Origin: Nitrosopumilus maritimus SCM1
Lineage (GTDB): Archaea > Thermoproteota > Nitrososphaeria > Nitrososphaerales > Nitrosopumilaceae
Direction: 5' to 3'
NCBI RefSeq assembly: GCF_000018465.1
Contig: NC_010085.1
Coordinates: 1,440,001-1,472,000, forward strand
DNA length: 32,000 nucleotides
The notes beneath the pieces are model-generated. The model searched no databases, was not told the DNA's origin, and worked only from the letters and a program-made list of their open reading frames with translations. The translations under genes were made by a program, and so were the position numbers. Every line of letters begins with the position of its first letter. The first letter of the stretch is position 1. Shown one piece after another: positions 27,443-32,000 of the stretch.

Positions 27443-28774
27443 ATGGATAAAGATCAGGTATTTGAATTAGTTAGAAAAGCAAAAAGAGCATTTCCTGAAT
27501 GGAAAAAAGATTATGAAAAACGTAGAAGTTACATTTACAATCTAGTTGAGCATTTAAAGAAAAACAAAACAGAGTTGGCAAAAATTGCAACTAAGGAAAT
27601 GGGAAAAGCACTAAAAGAATCAATTGGTGAAGTTGAGAAATGTGCTTGGGCCTTAGAATTTTATGCAGACCATGGAGATAGTTTTCTTTCTGACGAAGTA
27701 CTAAACACAGATGCAAGAAAGAGTTTTCTAACATTTGAACCACTTGGAGTAATTGGTTCTATCATGCCATGGAACTTTCCATATTGGCAAGCTCTAAGAT
27801 TTGCAGCTCCATGTTTGATGGCAGGAAATGTCATTGTGATGAAACCATCTAGAGTCACAATGCAATCAGGAATTGAAATTGAAAAAGCATTTGCAGATGC
27901 AGGAATACCTGACGGAGTATTCTCAACAGTAGTTGGCAGTGTAGATTCTGCAAATCACCTTATTGATTCAGAAGTTAATGCTGTGACATTTACTGGAAGT
28001 ACAAATGCAGGAGCAAAAGTAGGTGAGAGGGCTGCTATGAATCTTAAAAAATGTGTTTTAGAATTGGGTGGAAGTGATCCTTTCATAGTTTTAGATGACG
28101 CTATTATTGAAAAGGCAGCTGATGGTGCAGCAAAAGGCAGATTCATCAATTGTGGCCAAAGTTGTGTAGCCTCAAAAAGATTCTTTGTAGGCAAGAACAT
28201 TGCGGAAGATTTCATTGAATTATTCATCAAAAAGGCATCTGAGCTCAAAGTCGGAGACCCAATGTCAATTGAGACAGATATTGGACCGCTATCAAGCAAA
28301 GATGGATTAGAGACAATTTCTGGAATTGTAGAAGATGCAAAAGCAAAAGGTGCTGAAGTATTACTAGGCGGAGAAGAGATGGATGGAAATGGATATTTCT
28401 ACAAACCAACAATTCTCACAAACATCACACCAGACATGAGAATTGCAAAAGAAGAGACATTTGGACCAGTTGCACCAATAACAATTGTTGAAAATGAAAG
28501 TGATGCAATCAAGATGGCAAATGACAGTGAGTTTGGATTAGGTGCAAGTATTTGGACAAAAGATCTTGCAAAAGCAGATAAAATGTCAAGAAGAATCGAA
28601 TCAGGAATTGTTAGTGTAAACAATGTAGTAATTTCAGATCCAAGAATTCCATTTGGTGGAATAAAACACAGTGGATTTGGAAGAGAATTATCAAGATATG
28701 GAATGTTAGAATTTGTAAATCTAAAATCGGTTAGATTCTATGATAACTTGACACATCATCATTACGTAGAATAA
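27443..28774 (+). CDS. Aldehyde dehydrogenase (succinate-semialdehyde dehydrogenase-like)
   Basis: PWNFPYWQALRFAAPCLMAGN, FTGSTNAGAKVGERA, LELGGSDPFIVLDDA, INCGQSCVASKRFFV, EETFGPVAPI. Homology probably extends upstream of the ATG (see findings). Confidence 0.93.
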   Translation: MDKDQVFELVRKAKRAFPEWKKDYEKRRSYIYNLVEHLKKNKTELAKIATKEMGKALKESIGEVEKCAWALEFYADHGDSFLSDEVLNTDARKSFLTFEPLGVIGSIMPWNFPYWQALRFAAPCLMAGNVIVMKPSRVTMQSGIEIEKAFADAGIPDGVFSTVVGSVDSANHLIDSEVNAVTFTGSTNAGAKVGERAAMNLKKCVLELGGSDPFIVLDDAIIEKAADGAAKGRFINCGQSCVASKRFFVGKNIAEDFIELFIKKASELKVGDPMSIETDIGPLSSKDGLETISGIVEDAKAKGAEVLLGGEEMDGNGYFYKPTILTNITPDMRIAKEETFGPVAPITIVENESDAIKMANDSEFGLGASIWTKDLAKADKMSRRIESGIVSVNNVVISDPRIPFGGIKHSGFGRELSRYGMLEFVNLKSVRFYDNLTHHHYVE

Positions 28775-28915
28775 TTTTTCATAGTTGAAATTATGAGCAT
28801 CCTTTAAGTATAATTTTAGCGTATTATATGGTGACGAGGACACTCGATGACGTGTTGTTGAGTGAAGATCAAAGAGATCTTGGGAACGCCTTGAGCTTTG
28901 AGATACATTCAGAGT

Positions 28916-29215
28916 TCATGATTCCTCTGGGACAAAGTCCTCGTCAAATTCTTCATCATCTTCTTCATCATCACATTCTTCTAATTCGATATGTGTAGGA
29001 GTTCCATCATCTCCAAAGAAAATTTCGATGCAGATATCAGTAGATAATGTAGAGGCTAAAGTTTCAGCTAATTCTTTTGGAAAATTTCCTAATCTACTTG
29101 GATCAGAGGAATATCGATATTCAGTTACTACATCATCATGATAGAAATCTAACTCGATATCTCCGTTTGCAAATTTTCGTACAGCAACTACTTGACCAAA
29201 TATGCTGTCAGCCAA
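28916..29215 (-). CDS. Hypothetical protein, 99 aa, with an acidic Asp/Glu-rich tail
   Basis: MADSIFGQVVAVRKFANGDIELDFYHDDVVTEYRY…ECDDEEDDEEFDEDFVPEES. Abuts the hemerythrin-like gene. Confidence 0.65.
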   Translation of the reverse strand: MADSIFGQVVAVRKFANGDIELDFYHDDVVTEYRYSSDPSRLGNFPKELAETLASTLSTDICIEIFFGDDGTPTHIELEECDDEEDDEEFDEDFVPEES

Positions 29216-29217
29216 GC

Positions 29218-29775
29218 CTACTTTCCTTGTTCAGCAACATCTCGTGTGAGATTTTCAGCAAGATCTTCATAGTGTTGCCTGGATTTTCCTAAATCTTTGA
29301 GTTTGGCAGCTTCAATTTCATTTAATTCCCCATCAACCTTCTGTGCAACATATTGCAATCTAGCTTCTGCCATCATAAACAATCGATTATTTTCTTTCCA
29401 AAGATGTTCAGTAATATGTTCCACATATTGTTTCATATCAGAAATTAATTTTGCAGATTCACCTGAAGAAAGATATTCTTTTGCAGAAGCTTCCATGTTA
29501 GATGCAATTTCTCGAGAACGTTCATGATCTATTAACATCATTGCGATAGGACCCATATTTTTTGGCAATCCAGCTTGTTCTAATGCAGGAAACAAAGAAT
29601 TCTCTTCTTTACTGTGATGACAAACATCTGTAAAGTTTTTTGAAAAATCAATAACAGGAAGTAAGATAGATTCAGGAATTTGTTTATTTTCATTTAATAA
29701 TTGAATTGTAGCATCCATTGCTTTGACAACTTTTTCAATTAACTCATGATCACGTCTTAATGATGCAGTTGACAT
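29218..29775 (-). CDS. Hemerythrin HHE-domain protein
   Basis: LRRDHELIEKVVKAM, FTDVCHHSKEENSLFPAL, MMLIDHERSREI, YVEHITEHLWKENNRLFMMAE: conserved H/E iron ligands. Confidence 0.88.
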   Translation of the reverse strand: MSTASLRRDHELIEKVVKAMDATIQLLNENKQIPESILLPVIDFSKNFTDVCHHSKEENSLFPALEQAGLPKNMGPIAMMLIDHERSREIASNMEASAKEYLSSGESAKLISDMKQYVEHITEHLWKENNRLFMMAEARLQYVAQKVDGELNEIEAAKLKDLGKSRQHYEDLAENLTRDVAEQGK

Positions 29776-29868
29776 GACGAATGTAAATTATTTCTAGTAT
29801 CTATATCTTAGTTTTTTAAAATAATTAAAAGATAGAAAGTGTTAACGATTTTTCGTTAACAAGTGGGT

Positions 29869-30123
29869 TTAACGATTAGAAAGTTTTTTTGATTTCACAA
29901 ATGCCCAAATCTTTTTGGTCATTTCACTTGGGGCAATTGGTTTTTTACCAAATATTTGTTCAGCAGTTTCTTTGCGACCTGCAAAACTAATGGCATATCC
30001 ACCAAATGCTGGTTTCTTTGCTTTTGATTTGGTTGCTTTCTTTTTTGGTGCAGCCTTTTTCTTTGGTGCAGCCTTCTTTTTTGTGGTAGTTTTTCTTTTG
30101 GTTGTTTTCTTTTTTACTGCCAA
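29869..30123 (-). CDS. Lys/Ala-rich-tailed small protein, 84 aa; C-terminal half weakly SWIB-like
   Basis: MAVKKKTTKRKTTTKKKAAPKKKAAPKKKATKSKAKKP tail, then PIAPSEMTKKIWAFVKSKKLSNR. Confidence 0.7.
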   Translation of the reverse strand: MAVKKKTTKRKTTTKKKAAPKKKAAPKKKATKSKAKKPAFGGYAISFAGRKETAEQIFGKKPIAPSEMTKKIWAFVKSKKLSNR

Positions 30124-30159
30124 TTTCTTGTAGTTGTATTCGAAATAAAGTATAAGAAC

Positions 30160-30816
30160 TTAGAGCTTTACGTAATGTAAAACTAGATGATTTTTGAGCC
30201 TCTTTACTGATTTGAGTCTGAGATTAGGAGAATGAGAAATTCTGCTAAATCCAGTACCTCGTAAATAGGAAATAGAGTCTTCTCCACCAAGTAAGTAAGG
30301 AGATATCGTTAGTATCATTTCATCAAAGAGATTATGTTTTACAAATTCCCAGTTTACAGTTCCTCCTCCTTCAACCAGTATTGTTTTGATTTTCTTTTTT
30401 GATAGTTTTTTCAACAGTAATTTTAAATTCACAGAATCATTACCGGTACTAATTATTTCAACAGGGAATTTTTCTAGTTTTTCAAGATTTTTTTTAGTAA
30501 TTTTTTTAGATATTGCAATTATCGTTGGAACTTTGTTACTTGATTGAAGAATTTTTGATGTTTTTGAAATAGTACCTTTAGAATCTAAAACAATTCTGAT
30601 AGGGTTTTTTCCTTTAACATGACGAACAGTCAAGAGAGGATTATCACGTGATGCGGTATTTTTTCCAATAAGAATTGCATCTACACTTGAACGTAATTTA
30701 TGAAGTCTTTGAATATCTTTTTGTGATGAAAGTTTTGAATCGTTTGTTTTAGTTGCAATTTTTCCATCAACAGATATTGCTCCACTTAGAATAACATGAG
30801 GTCTAGATTTTTCCAT
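30160..30816 (-). CDS. 2,5-diamino-6-(ribosylamino)-pyrimidinone 5'-phosphate reductase (RibD C-terminal domain-like, archaeal riboflavin/F420 pathway)
   Basis: RPHVILSGAISVDGKIATKTNDSKLSS, DAILIGKNTASRDNPLLTVR, ILVEGGGTVNWEF. Confidence 0.88.
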   Translation of the reverse strand: MEKSRPHVILSGAISVDGKIATKTNDSKLSSQKDIQRLHKLRSSVDAILIGKNTASRDNPLLTVRHVKGKNPIRIVLDSKGTISKTSKILQSSNKVPTIIAISKKITKKNLEKLEKFPVEIISTGNDSVNLKLLLKKLSKKKIKTILVEGGGTVNWEFVKHNLFDEMILTISPYLLGGEDSISYLRGTGFSRISHSPNLRLKSVKRLKNHLVLHYVKL

Positions 30817-31993
30817 GAACTATTTTACCTCCAATCATTACTGCTTGGATTGCAGATTCAGATGCTCTATGTACAATAGATGCATATGGTTCATGCATTG
30901 GTTCTAAATCTAATGCATGTTTGTTTAGAAATATGCAATCAGCAATTTTTTTGGTTTCAATTACTCCAATGTCTTTTTTTAGTATTTTTCCTCCATTTAC
31001 GGTAGCCATTTTCAAAATTTCTTTAGGATTGATTCTTTTTTTATGAATGCCCATTGTGACTTTCCAAAGATAATCCATTTCTCTGAACATGTCAGGAGAG
31101 TTTATCATAACATTATCTGTGCCTAATCCAAGCGTACAACCGGCCTTTTGCATCAAAGTAATGTCAGGAATTCCTTCAGCCAAAGAAGAATTTGCTCTTG
31201 GGCAAACTACTATTCCTCGAGTTTTTTTTGCAGCTAGATGAAGATCACTGTTTGATGCATGAGTCATATGAATAAGAAAATGAGGTTTCATGGACAATGC
31301 ACGAATCACTTCAGATTTTCTAGTCATCTTTTTAGATCTTGAAACGCTCTGTTTTGTTTCAGCAGAATGAATTGCTCGAATCTTTGATGTCTTTGAGTAA
31401 TGATTCAATGTTGAAGTACTGTTCTCATTTGCACCACTAACTCCAATACCATCACATTTTTGAAGAATTAGAGGCAATTCCTTGGCTTTTTCTTTAGGAA
31501 TGGGGAGATTTTTTTTGATTTCAGTTGAATTTTGGTAGAAATTAACCCTACCCAAAATAATTGATCGGATTGGAATTTCAGATAATGTTTTTTTCAACAA
31601 GATAACACCATCTAAACCCCCTTCTCTAAAATCAACAAAGGTGGTTATTCCTTTTCTAATCATAGAATGACATGTATTTTTCATAAAATTAGACAAATTT
31701 TCAGGAGGAGTGTTTTTTAGAATTTTTGACTTTGCCCCAAAAACAGGATGTATTTTTTTATCTACAGAACTTTCTAGAGTGACATCTTTTCCAATTGAAT
31801 CACCTATGTGTGTATGTGCATTGATAAATCCTGGGATCAATAAAAGATCTTCACAGTCAATAGAATCCTCTTTACCACTTGGTTTAATGTTAGGTTGAAT
31901 TCGTTTGAATCTACCATCTTGAATTTGTACATTTGTTTTTGAAACAAATTCTAATTCTTTTCCTAAAAGGAGACTAATGTTCTTGATTAACAT
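30803..31993 (-). CDS. Amidohydrolase family protein (SAH/MTA deaminase or chlorohydrolase-like)
   Basis: LIPGFINAHTHIGD, FVDFREGG, HMTHASNSD, LGLGTDNVMINSPDMFREM. Overlaps the reductase by 14 bp. Confidence 0.88.
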   Translation of the reverse strand: MLIKNISLLLGKELEFVSKTNVQIQDGRFKRIQPNIKPSGKEDSIDCEDLLLIPGFINAHTHIGDSIGKDVTLESSVDKKIHPVFGAKSKILKNTPPENLSNFMKNTCHSMIRKGITTFVDFREGGLDGVILLKKTLSEIPIRSIILGRVNFYQNSTEIKKNLPIPKEKAKELPLILQKCDGIGVSGANENSTSTLNHYSKTSKIRAIHSAETKQSVSRSKKMTRKSEVIRALSMKPHFLIHMTHASNSDLHLAAKKTRGIVVCPRANSSLAEGIPDITLMQKAGCTLGLGTDNVMINSPDMFREMDYLWKVTMGIHKKRINPKEILKMATVNGGKILKKDIGVIETKKIADCIFLNKHALDLEPMHEPYASIVHRASESAIQAVMIGGKIVHGKI

Positions 31994-32000
31994 GATAATT

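Noticed and set aside
1-32000. Defence system, prophage, transposase, rRNA or tRNA genes
   Set aside because: No transposase, integrase, Cas, restriction-modification or toxin-antitoxin signatures were seen in the ORFs, and no rRNA or cloverleaf tRNA was noticed in the short gaps. tRNAscan-SE would be needed to exclude intron-containing tRNAs.

Overview
This 32 kb window comes from an AT-rich archaeal chromosome. The gene content (thermosome, L44e/S27e, TFE, NAC, Trm56, A-type ATPase subunit H-like protein, archaeal CobY) and compact, overlapping gene order fit an ammonia-oxidising Thaumarchaeota/Nitrososphaeria genome such as Nitrosopumilus. Most of it is housekeeping: guaA, a ROK kinase, thermosome, adenine deaminase, a five-gene late cobalamin cluster, asd, an Lrp-type regulator, ctaB, an acyl-CoA thioesterase, a UbiD-family decarboxylase, nac, a PhoU-like regulator, hflX, trm56, tfe, an aldehyde dehydrogenase, a hemerythrin-like protein, a riboflavin-pathway reductase and an amidohydrolase. 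I found no CRISPR array, transposon, prophage, rRNA or recognisable tRNA, and no clear defence system. The most unusual part is about 14.0-19.0 kb. It holds two short phasin-like/helical proteins (one with a histone-H1-like Lys tail), a large minus-strand gene built from near-identical 108-bp and 87-bp modules between a DUF3892-like N-terminus and a Cys4 C-terminus, an unlisted 52-aa candidate zinc-finger microprotein, and several uncharacterised ORFs. Other points worth checking: a RuvC/YqgF-like RNase H-fold candidate (22053-22715), a cobyric acid synthase that appears to lack its glutaminase half, and two genes whose conserved N-termini extend upstream of any ATG/GTG/TTG start. All family assignments come from reading motifs; no database search was run.
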